From the NCBI GenBank assembly GCA_000004985.1, contig GG738906.1: 64,000 bases of DNA, one strand, 5' to 3'. The DNA is from Naegleria gruberi. Its lineage: Eukaryota. Below, piece after piece: positions 54,966-64,000 of the stretch. How positions within the stretch are numbered: position 1 is the first letter of the stretch; every line of letters begins with the position of its first letter. The notes under the pieces are model-generated. The model made no database searches. It was not told the origin of the DNA and worked only from the letters and a program-made list of their open reading frames with translations. The position numbers were made by a program, and so were the translations under genes.

Positions 54966-56339
54966 ATGTCTGAAGAAACAATTCACGACTCACCAGCCAT
55001 CTGTACTGATGAAGACGGAAACAAGGAACTTTTAACAACAACACCACCATTGAACGTTATTTTCCTTGGACACGTTGATGCTGGTAAATCAACACTTTCA
55101 GGTCGTATTTTGTTGGATACCGGAATGATTGATGATAGAGTTATCGAAAAATTCAAGATGGAAGCCAAAGAAAATAACAGAGAATCTTGGTATATCGCTT
55201 ATATTATGGATTGTAGTGAAGATGAAAAAGCTAAAGGTAAAACAATTGAAGTAGGTCGTGCTCACTTTGAAACACAAAAGAAGCGTTACACAATTTTGGA
55301 TGCTCCTGGTCACAAGGCCTATGTCCCAAACATGATTTCTGCTACTACCCAAGCTGATGTTGGTATTCTTGTTATTTCTGCAAGAAAGGGTGAATTCGAA
55401 GCTGGTCTTGAAAAAGGAGGTCAAACTATGGAACATACTGTTTTATCAAAGACTTTGGGTGTTGATCAATTGATTGTTGTTGTAAACAAGATTGACGATC
55501 CTTCTGTTGCTAAAGATAAGGTCAGATATGATGAAATTGTCACAAAAGTTAGTGCAACTTTGAAGGGTGTTGGTTGGAATTTAAAGACTCAAGTTCAATT
55601 TATTCCAATTGATGCATTGACTGGGCAAAATATTTCATCAAGAAATTTGAATGTTCCATGGTATTCTGGTCCATCTTTGATTGAAGCTTTGGATGATATT
55701 AAACTCACAGCTGTGCATGATGTCAATGCTCCTTTGCGTTTACCTATTATTGATAGATATAGAGATAAGGGTTGTACAGTAGTTTTGGGAAAAGTATTGA
55801 GTGGACAAATCAAAATTGGACAAAAGGTTGTTGTCATGCCTAATAAGTGTGTTTGTGAAGTTATTGCTTTAAAGAGTCACGAAATTAATATTCACGGTGG
55901 TGTTGTTTCTGCAGGTGAAAATGTTGAATTATATTTGAAGGGTGATGATGATAATATTGCTTCCGGACACACTGTTTGTGATCCTGAACACTTATTGGAA
56001 CCAGTTCAAGAATTTATTGGATCTTTCCACATTTTGGATAGCTCTGAACATGTCGATATTATTTCATCTGGTTTTAGTACAAATATGCACATTCACACAG
56101 CCATGGAAACTATTACCCTTACAAAATTGATAAGCAAGATGGATAAAAAGACAGGCAAACCACTCGCACAAGTTCCAAAGTTTGTTCAAAACAAGGATAC
56201 TGCTGAAGGAGTTTTCAGATTAGAAAAACCAATCTGTATTGAAAAGTTTGAATCTTTGAATGCTATGGGTAGATTTGTTTTACGTTCCGATAGAACTATT
56301 GCTGTTGGTAGAGTGAAGAAGGTAAAACCATTGAAGTAA
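54966..56339 (+). CDS. EF1A-like translational GTPase of the eRF3/Hbs1 family. Minimal form, with no long N-terminal extension.
   Basis: G motifs GHVDAGKST, DAPGH and NKID. eRF3/Hbs1-specific blocks RESWYIAYIMDCSEDEKAKGKTIEVGRAHFET and SARKGEFEAGLEKGGQTMEH. Only about 30 aa precede the G domain. Confidence 0.85.
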   Translation: MSEETIHDSPAICTDEDGNKELLTTTPPLNVIFLGHVDAGKSTLSGRILLDTGMIDDRVIEKFKMEAKENNRESWYIAYIMDCSEDEKAKGKTIEVGRAHFETQKKRYTILDAPGHKAYVPNMISATTQADVGILVISARKGEFEAGLEKGGQTMEHTVLSKTLGVDQLIVVVNKIDDPSVAKDKVRYDEIVTKVSATLKGVGWNLKTQVQFIPIDALTGQNISSRNLNVPWYSGPSLIEALDDIKLTAVHDVNAPLRLPIIDRYRDKGCTVVLGKVLSGQIKIGQKVVVMPNKCVCEVIALKSHEINIHGGVVSAGENVELYLKGDDDNIASGHTVCDPEHLLEPVQEFIGSFHILDSSEHVDIISSGFSTNMHIHTAMETITLTKLISKMDKKTGKPLAQVPKFVQNKDTAEGVFRLEKPICIEKFESLNAMGRFVLRSDRTIAVGRVKKVKPLK

Positions 56340-56529
56340 ATTTGGTCAAACCATTAAACTTTTTGTAAATTGAGCTGTTGATAGGTTTAAATCTTATTAA
56401 TTCCATATAGCTTCAACATTCACATAGCTCATGAAAAAACTTTTACTTTCGAATGAATTATTCTTAACCAATCTACGCATGCTTGTTATGAGAATCTGAG
56501 CTATGTTTTTTATTGTGGATCTACAATAG

Positions 56530-58125
56530 TTAGAATTTGGAAACCCCAAATGACAAAATCTCATTAGTCCAATCACTCAAAACGTGTACAGAACATAAAG
56601 AAATAAAAGTAATGAACAATACAAAGATCATTAGGTACTTTTTGTGATAAAGTCTGGAGAACACATTCCCATTGTATTCTTGAATTAAACTCATATTTTC
56701 CTCTTCGGAAACTCCATTGATTCTTCTTGATTTTCTTCTCTTAATTCTATCAGATTGAGAGGAACGAATTCCATCCCCTTGTTGAAGATCTGATACCAAC
56801 TCATTAATTTGTGCAATTCAGAAAAAAAAACTTACCTTCCATTTGTTTTTCAAATGATGAAAAGTTTTGGTTATCTGGTAATAATTTCATATTCATAAAC
56901 TGAATATCTTTTGGTGAGAGACGATAGAGTGACCACTTAAGCAAAATTCTTTTGAGAAAGGCCATCGAAAAACAAAGAACAAACATAACCACACAAAATA
57001 ATTGATAAATAATTCCTTCCCAAAAATAAGAAGTATAGGCAAAGTCAACTGTAATATAGAAATGTTTTGCAACAAACAAAGCCACAATACCACCAACAAG
57101 AGTTACCATAAAGTCCAAACTTCTCATAATCATTGGAGTTCTTGTTGAATAAAAATGATAAATCAATCCAATAGCAAGAGATGTGATCATTTGTCCCACA
57201 CTTGATTCACCTGCAAGAATGGCAGTACTATTTTTGTAAATTGTTGTTTGAATTAATTATTTCAATAACTCACCATGGTAACAATAAGAGAGCAGGAAGT
57301 CCTACAAATACTGAATATCTTTCCAAAACATGCAAAATTAAGACAGTTCCCATTAAAACTTCTTCTGAAGGCATACACCAACCAAGAGAATTTCCAAGAA
57401 CAAATGTTGTTCCAGTTGTTACATTCATTGGATTGAATGGCTCTTCCATAATATATTGTGTAGAAATGTCACTTTCATGTCTTAAACTACCTGAGCCTAC
57501 AAATCTACAAGAGCAAGGACATGGCTGTCTAATTGCCAATAAAAGTACCATGTTGAAAGATTGAACAATTGCAAGTCTGAAAAATAGGGAAAGAATTTGA
57601 AGAACATAATAAGCAAAGCTAGAGGCCAGCTCTTCTGTATAATGCTCCTCATCATAAACACTCAATACAAATGGGAGAATAAAACATAAAGCGAATAATA
57701 AAGGATTAACAAATTTGAACATATCAAACCATTGAAGAACATATTGAGAAAGTCTATAGAGAGCTTGTTTGGTATTTGATGGAATATAGGTTGAAGTTGG
57801 ATCACTGCATTATTCAACGCATTTACAATAACATTTTCAAATTTAAAACCTACAAATGACAACCATTCATGAACCATAAAAATCCTGTTGTTGGATCTCC
57901 ATTTGTTGGAAATTGACTATCTTGCAAACTTGGATTTGTAGCACATTGAAGTGTTAAAAACGTATTATTTGTATTATCTGTTTGTCCCATCAGAGAATTA
58001 AATCCATCTAAAATTGAAAATGCTTGTTGATTTTTCATTCCGATAATATTTGATCTTCCAAAGGTTGTTGATGAAAATAATAACACCAACAAAATGGTGC
58101 AATAAATGAATACAATTTGCTTCAT
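56530..58125 (-). CDS. Signal-peptide-bearing polytopic membrane protein of unassigned family. 4 exons: 57875..58125, 57274..57804, 56836..57227, 56530..56789.
   Basis: N-terminal MKQIVFIYCTILLVLLFSSTTFG, then multiple hydrophobic helices. Three minus-strand introns (57805..57874, 57228..57273, 56790..56835) restore one frame. The first donor (gttcat) is weak, so that junction is the least certain. Contains a VGLPALLLLP motif. Confidence 0.55.
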
Positions 58126-58237
58126 TTTTTTAAAGATTTTTTCAACAACTATTTCATAAACTCCGTGCTTTCATCACACAATTTAATAAATTAATAATTT
58201 TATAATAAATTAATTTATTTAAAGGAAATAATAACAA

Positions 58238-59644
58238 TTATAAATGATAAATAAAATCAGAGAGAGGATTAATTAATGTAGATTCTTCATAAAATGAAAT
58301 GGAATTTGCTCGAAGTTTTGGGTTGATTGTAAAAAGGGAAAAGCATTTGGAAAGATTATATTCCAGTTCCTTATTGGTTTTTACAATATCACTCTTTCCA
58401 ATACCTATAGAAAAGTTAAAACCATGACATTTCTTACTTGTAATTCTTTTTAAAAATTGTTCTAAATTATCAAATATTACTCTGTCATTAAACGTAATAC
58501 CACTATTATTTGATCTATCGTTAGAGGTTATTGGAACAGAAAGTATTCCCAAATCATATCTATTGGTTATTTTTAATATATCTACATGGAGTGAATATGG
58601 TGATGAATTTAGTATTAGTTTTTCTAATTCATAGAGAAGGTGGTGAGATATGGAAAATCTAGTCTTGTCCTTTTCAATAAATGATGAAATAATATTTAGA
58701 TCTGAAAGTAGTATATTTTGCAAAATGTATTGTGCAAATATATCCAAATTGATAATATCTTGATTTTCTTCATAAGGATTAGAATTCATAAGAAAATTGG
58801 AATTATTATTTAAATATTCACAACAATCGATAACTTGTTTTACACCGAGTAGGTAGGAAGGATTTCTTTTCAAATTTTGGTCATCCAATCTGATAAATCC
58901 CTGTCTTTGATGTAAATCTAGAATTTTTTCATTTTCTGAACTCCATACGGGAAGAATGCTTGAACGATTCATTCCCATTATTGACAATGTTACAATATTC
59001 GCAATATTATTTTCAGAGCCATTATTATCATTTGAAAAATTCCAAGATGATTGATTCTTTGCGTGAATATATGAAACATGAGCTTTCTTTACAATATTAT
59101 ACAAATCTTCAGTTTCCATAAATGAAAAATCAACAATAAATACATATTTTTCTACAGACGACAATCTAGTCTTATATGAAGCTGCCAATAAATCTTCTAA
59201 TTGTAATGTCAATGAGTGAGCTGGCTGAGGTTTTTTTTGGAAGGATATCGAGGAAGGAGAAGTAGCATTTCTAGGAGATGAATCTGTTGTTCTACTTCTT
59301 GGTGATGTAGAAGAAGAAGTTGAAACTCCAGATGGAAGGGGAACAAGATTTATACTAGTATTCTGTTGGGAATTTACGGTGGTAGAATTTCCAAGAATGT
59401 GCCGCTTGAAAGAGAGTCTCCTTGGTTTTGTATCAACAGTTTGTTGTTGTTGATCAGTTGATACTGTAGGTTCCGAATTGTTTGTTTGTTTAATTTCAAA
59501 ACTAGCATCATACTTGGTGGATGTATTTTCTTCCGAAATGATTGTGGTGTTGGTAGGGTTGATTACAAATCCTCCTGATGGTGGTTGACCAATATGAGGA
59601 TTGTCTAAGTGTTTGGAAGATTTTCTCTTGAAGAGCGATTTCAT
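58238..59644 (-). CDS. Hypothetical protein, 468 aa. The N-terminal third is S/T-rich.
   Basis: Uninterrupted ORF with typical codon usage. No domain recognised. Confidence 0.5.
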   Translation of the reverse strand: MKSLFKRKSSKHLDNPHIGQPPSGGFVINPTNTTIISEENTSTKYDASFEIKQTNNSEPTVSTDQQQQTVDTKPRRLSFKRHILGNSTTVNSQQNTSINLVPLPSGVSTSSSTSPRSRTTDSSPRNATSPSSISFQKKPQPAHSLTLQLEDLLAASYKTRLSSVEKYVFIVDFSFMETEDLYNIVKKAHVSYIHAKNQSSWNFSNDNNGSENNIANIVTLSIMGMNRSSILPVWSSENEKILDLHQRQGFIRLDDQNLKRNPSYLLGVKQVIDCCEYLNNNSNFLMNSNPYEENQDIINLDIFAQYILQNILLSDLNIISSFIEKDKTRFSISHHLLYELEKLILNSSPYSLHVDILKITNRYDLGILSVPITSNDRSNNSGITFNDRVIFDNLEQFLKRITSKKCHGFNFSIGIGKSDIVKTNKELEYNLSKCFSLFTINPKLRANSISFYEESTLINPLSDFIYHL

Positions 59645-59748
59645 TTTTTTTTAATTAATAAAAGGTGAGATTTAAGAGAAACTTTACAAGGATCAAACAA
59701 AGATATTAGAAGGTTTTGATTGAGAAAAGAAATTTAATAATTAACAAC

Positions 59749-60666
59749 CTAAACATGTGGTGATAAACTAATAGCATTCCAACCATATGGACTCTTTACA
59801 GGGCTATCTTCCAAACTTCCAGAGCCAACAGACATTCCCAAAATGCTACTATTATTTCTTCCACAGCTTCCTCCTGATTCTCTCCTTTTCTTAATATTAA
59901 TAGCTTTTGGAGGAGATCTTCCTCGTTGACCAATCATCATACCTGGATGAGAACCTTCATAGTATTCATCATCATCCAATTCAAATTGTTCCTCATCCCC
60001 ACTATCCAGGCTGCTATCATCATTATATTCTTCCTGTTCGTCTTCTGAGAGATCGAAAATTCCATTATCATCATCCATCATTTCATCCTCGTCATAAGAT
60101 TCTGGTCTTTTTTTCATCATGGCATGTAGTGGAGATTTTGATTGAGGAGAGTGTAGAGATTCAAAGAGAAAATTGTTTGCCTCCGAATTTCTGTGGTTAT
60201 TGGTTTTTGACATATTCCTCAATCTGTCCCATTCGTCCATCATACCAGAATTACCAGCAGATCCACAATAGAAATCTTGTCTTTGTGAATTGGAAGAAAA
60301 TTGTGAGTTAGTTCCAAAATCACTCGAATCATACCCAGTTGTTGGATTGATATTTGGATATTCCCATTTTTGATAGATTGGCAAAATATATTTTTCAGAT
60401 TTTCTTAACAAATATGGATCGAATGGGAAAAAGTTATTCTCAAGATAATTCACACCTCCATATCCACCACGAAGAGGAACAACAATGTTTTGGTTTTCCT
60501 CCAGAACATGATGGAAATCAAAGAGGTAGAAACGAGAAAAGGCATTAACAACTTCTTCAGCAACATCAGAAGCTACAATCTGTTGAAATGCACAATAGGT
60601 TTTGTTTGGAAATAATTTTCGTGTTGGGTAGGGAGAATGACATGTTGGAACCATTTGATTAACCAA
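59749..60666 (-). CDS. Hypothetical protein, 305 aa, with an acidic (D/E-rich) C-terminal half.
   Basis: Uninterrupted ORF. No domain recognised. Confidence 0.5.
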   Translation of the reverse strand: MVNQMVPTCHSPYPTRKLFPNKTYCAFQQIVASDVAEEVVNAFSRFYLFDFHHVLEENQNIVVPLRGGYGGVNYLENNFFPFDPYLLRKSEKYILPIYQKWEYPNINPTTGYDSSDFGTNSQFSSNSQRQDFYCGSAGNSGMMDEWDRLRNMSKTNNHRNSEANNFLFESLHSPQSKSPLHAMMKKRPESYDEDEMMDDDNGIFDLSEDEQEEYNDDSSLDSGDEEQFELDDDEYYEGSHPGMMIGQRGRSPPKAINIKKRRESGGSCGRNNSSILGMSVGSGSLEDSPVKSPYGWNAISLSPHV

Positions 60667-60919
60667 TCATTAACCAATTGGTACAGTCATTTGCAATACC
60701 GCAATTGGTTTATTCGAAGCAAGACACATCAAATCATTATGGTCGTAATGTTTGAATGTGATCGTGTAATAATAATATGTTTGACAAGAATTATTCACAA
60801 ATAAAAGCAATACCACCAATGGCGTTCGGTTGTTCATTGCATTCGTGAAAATTAATGTCAATTAAAAATTGATACAATAAATTTGAATTGTAACAATGTT
60901 AAATCCATTCCATTTAAAA

Positions 60920-62608
60920 TTATTTTGAATTTAAGATAAAGTAAATCTTGGTTGGATAGATTGTCATACTTACCTTAAGAGGATTAAATTTAGAATAAAT
61001 AATACGTTTGATAGGACTTTGGGAGAAAAATTGTCTACCTTCTGCCATTAGTTGTTTGACATCCTTTCTAATAGGTGAGGTTTCACCTCCTTCCCCATCT
61101 TCTGGTTTGAGCAATTGTTGTATTTTGAAACATAACACATAGAAAACTCCTTGGCAAATAGAATAAAACAAACTATGAGTTTCTACATCTAAGTATTGTA
61201 AACTTTGCTCAAAAGTTATAATATACTTTTCTGACCAGGCTAATAATTGACCCAAAGTTCTTAAAACAATGGTATTAGTAACATATTTTGCTCTTGATAA
61301 AAGACCGGATAAATAAGCAGCACAACATTTTCTAACCTCAACATGAAGTTGACTGTTGAATATATTTCCAAGTAAAAAACTGATAAATCTTTCCATATAA
61401 TTAACGTGAAAACTGCAAACGTAAAACATTAAAAATTGAATAGAGTGAAGTTGATATTGGTTAAGTACAAAGCTTCTGAATAAAACCATCATGGAGTGGA
61501 ATATGGAATCAAGAAATTCATTTTTTCCCTTAATTTCGCTATTGCCACTTTCTAGATACTTGTTATTTTGTCTTGGTGGATGTAAATGTACAGGAGAAGA
61601 AGGTGGAGCATTGGCACGTTCATTGATATATTCAAATAGAATGGTAACAATGGAATCAAGTTTTTCAGCACAGTAAATACGCATCTCTTCAGCATTGGAT
61701 TCATCAAATTCAAAATCAAATACAGCGTTTTCTAGATGTTTAACATCTGATGCTTCATTATTCATATTTCCAATATGCTTATTGGTTTGTGATGAGAAGG
61801 TATCATTTTGTGAATTCATTGCAACAAGTTGGGCATCCATTTCAATTAGACTTTGTACAACCGAGGAGAAACAGAAGCTAGTAAGTGAGGGAATATATCT
61901 ATCCAAACTTAAAGCATTATCAACAAATGCTCTATGAATTGAAAGTGAGTGTGAGGCATGAGGATAAACCTGTCTAATTCTATCTTTAAGTTGAGTAATG
62001 AACAAGTGTTGGTTGGTAGCTTTTTTTTGTATTTTGTAGAGGAGATTATGTACATTTTGTTTTCTTGTTCTTTCGAGCGTTTCTATGAGTTCTGCTGTTA
62101 ATTTTAATCCACCATTATTTTCTTCAATTCTCTTCAGCTCGAAATCTGGTATCGGAAGGAAATGTTCAACAAGGCAGGAAATTATCATTTCGTGAATACT
62201 TGTAGCAGTAGTATTGTTATTTGTTGTTGTTATGAGAGTACTATTAGTAGACGAAGATGTGGTATAAAGAGCCAAACACAATGTATCGAAACTAATTTGT
62301 AAATCCTTGTTATTAGAACACATTACTTTTGTGCTAGTGGAGAGGATGGCATGAATTAAATCTTTACAATTTGAATATTGACTATTATTGAGGGATCTTG
62401 AATGTACAATTTCGTTGGTTATCCTTGAGAGTGCTTTGAAAGTGAGTACAAGTTGGAGAGGACTGAGTTGATGGAATTTTTGTACGACACTCACATATTT
62501 TCGTGGATCATTATTTTCAAATAACTCTCGTAGCGCTGTTGAAAAAGCTTGTTTAATTACATTAATTTGTTGTTCTTGTTGGAGTTGTTGTGGATTTTGT
62601 TGCATCAT
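60920..62608 (-). CDS. Helical nuclear protein, 562 aa. Tentatively RRN3/TIF-IA-like (RNA polymerase I initiation factor).
   Basis: Long ORF with a helical-repeat character and an acidic patch (FDFEFDESNAEEM). The family assignment comes from overall resemblance only, not from a diagnostic motif. Confidence 0.45.
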   Translation of the reverse strand: MMQQNPQQLQQEQQINVIKQAFSTALRELFENNDPRKYVSVVQKFHQLSPLQLVLTFKALSRITNEIVHSRSLNNSQYSNCKDLIHAILSTSTKVMCSNNKDLQISFDTLCLALYTTSSSTNSTLITTTNNNTTATSIHEMIISCLVEHFLPIPDFELKRIEENNGGLKLTAELIETLERTRKQNVHNLLYKIQKKATNQHLFITQLKDRIRQVYPHASHSLSIHRAFVDNALSLDRYIPSLTSFCFSSVVQSLIEMDAQLVAMNSQNDTFSSQTNKHIGNMNNEASDVKHLENAVFDFEFDESNAEEMRIYCAEKLDSIVTILFEYINERANAPPSSPVHLHPPRQNNKYLESGNSEIKGKNEFLDSIFHSMMVLFRSFVLNQYQLHSIQFLMFYVCSFHVNYMERFISFLLGNIFNSQLHVEVRKCCAAYLSGLLSRAKYVTNTIVLRTLGQLLAWSEKYIITFEQSLQYLDVETHSLFYSICQGVFYVLCFKIQQLLKPEDGEGGETSPIRKDVKQLMAEGRQFFSQSPIKRIIYSKFNPLKVSMTIYPTKIYFILNSK

Positions 62609-62631
62609 TTTTAAAGGGAAGGAGTGAGAGG

Positions 62632-62931
62632 TTATTTTGGCAATTTTTTTATTTCGTTAAATTGTTTGATGATGGCTTGTTTAGATTCAATGCCACAATT
62701 TAACTTGTGCATAATAAAAAACAATTCATTTCTTTTAAAAATTTGAAAACTTTGGAATTGCACATGCCTTGCTACAAAATGTTTTTCGAATATGATTTCA
62801 ATTTTAAATGAAGGACATATGATGTCGATACTTGAACCGCAATAATTCGCACAAAAGTCCACCATAAAAGCCTGGTTCAAGTTGATCCAGTTGAGCTCTT
62901 CAAAAAAAAGCCAGTACTTCATTCTATCCAC
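62632..62931 (-). CDS. Small ORF (99 aa) directly upstream of the RRN3-like gene. It may be a small protein or a spurious/5'-leader ORF.
   Basis: ORF only. It lies 23 nt upstream of the next gene's ATG on the same strand. Confidence 0.2.
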   Translation of the reverse strand: MDRMKYWLFFEELNWINLNQAFMVDFCANYCGSSIDIICPSFKIEIIFEKHFVARHVQFQSFQIFKRNELFFIMHKLNCGIESKQAIIKQFNEIKKLPK

Positions 62932-62955
62932 AAACTTTGGTTTTTCTCATCAACT

Positions 62956-64000
62956 ATGGCCGAAACACAAGAAATACCACTAGAAATGATGAGTTATTGT
63001 CAATGTACATGCTGATCAGCATGGTCAACAAGAGGGATTTCACTTTAGAGAGGTTCCAAAAGTATTATTGGAATGGAAAAATTTGAGCTATGAAGTAAAA
63101 GTTAAAAAGTCACTTCCACCCTCTAAAACTACAACATCCAAAGAAAGAATAACCTTTCATTTAAAAAATTTATTTAAAAAAGTCCCAAAAACTATTCTTC
63201 ATTCAATGAGTGGATTTGTAAAGCCAGGTGAGGTATTAGCAATTATGGGACCATCTGGAGCTGTAAGTTTTTTTGGAAGGTTGACATTTTAATGACATTT
63301 GTTCGTTAAGGGAAAAACCTCACTCCTCAACATTCTCTCTCAAAGAGTTAAAGCTTCTGGAGGTGAAATTTTAGCCAATGGACAACATGTTGGAAAGGCA
63401 TTCAAAAGCATTAGTGCATTCGTTCAACAGGATGATGTACTTTTAGGTAATTTAACTGTAAGTGTCTAATTTTAATTATTGGAAAACAATAATGAAATAA
63501 GGTGAGAGAAACTTTGAGATATACAGCAATGCTTCGTTTAGGCAACGTTTCAATGAAGGAGAGAATGAAAAGAGTTGACAGTTTAATCCAAGAACTTGGT
63601 CTTTCTCGAGTTGCTGATACTCTGGTAGGTAGTCCAGGTTTGGTAAAGGGAATTTCTGGAGGTGAAAGAAAACGTCTGTGTATTGCTATTGAACTTCTTA
63701 CACAACCATCCGTATTATTTTTGGATGAGGTGAGAATAATTTAATAATTTCATTGAACGAGACATTAACAAAACCAGCCAACAACAGGCCTCGATGCAAA
63801 AACAAGTTTAAGTGTGATTAATACCATTAACAAACTAGCCCAGAATGGTAGAACAGTCGTATTGACTATTCATCAACCTAGATCAGATATTTTCCAATCA
63901 TTTGATAGATTGCTCCTATTAGCAAGAGGAAAAATTGCTTATTTTGGTAATGCTAAAAGTGTCATACCATACTTTTTAAAGCTTGGATATGATTGTCCAG
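62956..64000 (+). CDS. ABC transporter G-family (White/half-transporter) nucleotide-binding domain; partial. Exons 63311..63457, 63502..63729 and 63779..>64000 are clear. The 5' exon or exons (62956..63262) are not fully resolved.
   Basis: LEWKNLSYEVKV, Walker A GPSGAGKTSLLN, ABC signature ISGGERKRL, Walker B LFLDEPTTGLD and TIHQPRSDIF. The introns are GTAAGT/GTGAGA...AG. The ATG at 62956 is not splice-compatible with the downstream frame as I read it. Confidence 0.8.

Noticed and set aside
1-64000. A search for tRNA genes, rRNA, CRISPR arrays, transposon ends, and prokaryote-style defence, toxin-antitoxin or biosynthetic systems
   Set aside because: GTTCGA-type strings such as those at 8224 and 15671 lie inside coding exons and have no cloverleaf context. 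There are no direct-repeat arrays, no terminal inverted repeats, and no target-site duplications. The window is eukaryotic, with spliced nuclear genes, so operon or defence-island interpretations do not apply.

Overview
This window is eukaryotic nuclear DNA, not a prokaryotic island. It is AT-rich and gene-dense, with about 27 genes in 64 kb on alternating strands. Introns are short (about 40-70 nt), AT-rich, GT-AG, and begin GTAAGT or GTATGT. Coding regions carry long N/Q/S-rich low-complexity tracts and K/E-rich tails. Intergenic spacers are tiny, sometimes under 60 bp. Together this looks like a dictyostelid social-amoeba genome, although it is less AT-extreme than D. discoideum. No rRNA, tRNA, CRISPR or transposon is evident, and prokaryote-style system logic (operons, defence islands) does not apply.

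Genes recognised directly from the translations, left to right:
- EF-hand protein (-)
- PAK/STE20 kinase with two CRIB motifs and a 10-nt micro-exon (+)
- MORN-repeat protein (-)
- Kelch+SAM protein (+)
- RCC1-repeat protein (+)
- FAAH-like amidase (+)
- divergent MAPK-like kinase (+)
- decayed class-III nucleotide-cyclase relic (-)
- 1668-aa acidic/basic nuclear-type protein (+)
- small secreted protein (+)
- DNA ligase I (-)
- IU-nucleoside hydrolase (-)
- about 4630-aa giant secreted multi-pass receptor-like protein spanning 14 kb (+)
- arginyl-tRNA synthetase (+)
- Mtr4/Ski2-type RNA helicase (-)
- FHA-RING E3 ligase (+)
- RNI-type LRR protein (-)
- S-rich coiled-coil protein (+)
- condensin kleisin CAP-H/Barren (-)
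- eRF3/Hbs1-family GTPase (+)
- 4-exon signal-peptide multi-pass membrane protein (-)
- two hypothetical proteins (-)
- RRN3-like protein (-, tentative)
- ABCG half-transporter, 5' part, running off the window (+)

The most novel-looking locus is the giant receptor-like gene. It has an N-terminal signal peptide, an ectodomain of about 4100 aa with no family I recognise, a degenerate GPS-like Cys/His juxtamembrane motif, 8-9 TM helices and a Tyr-rich PPxY-containing tail. Second is the frame-shifted and stop-interrupted cyclase relic.
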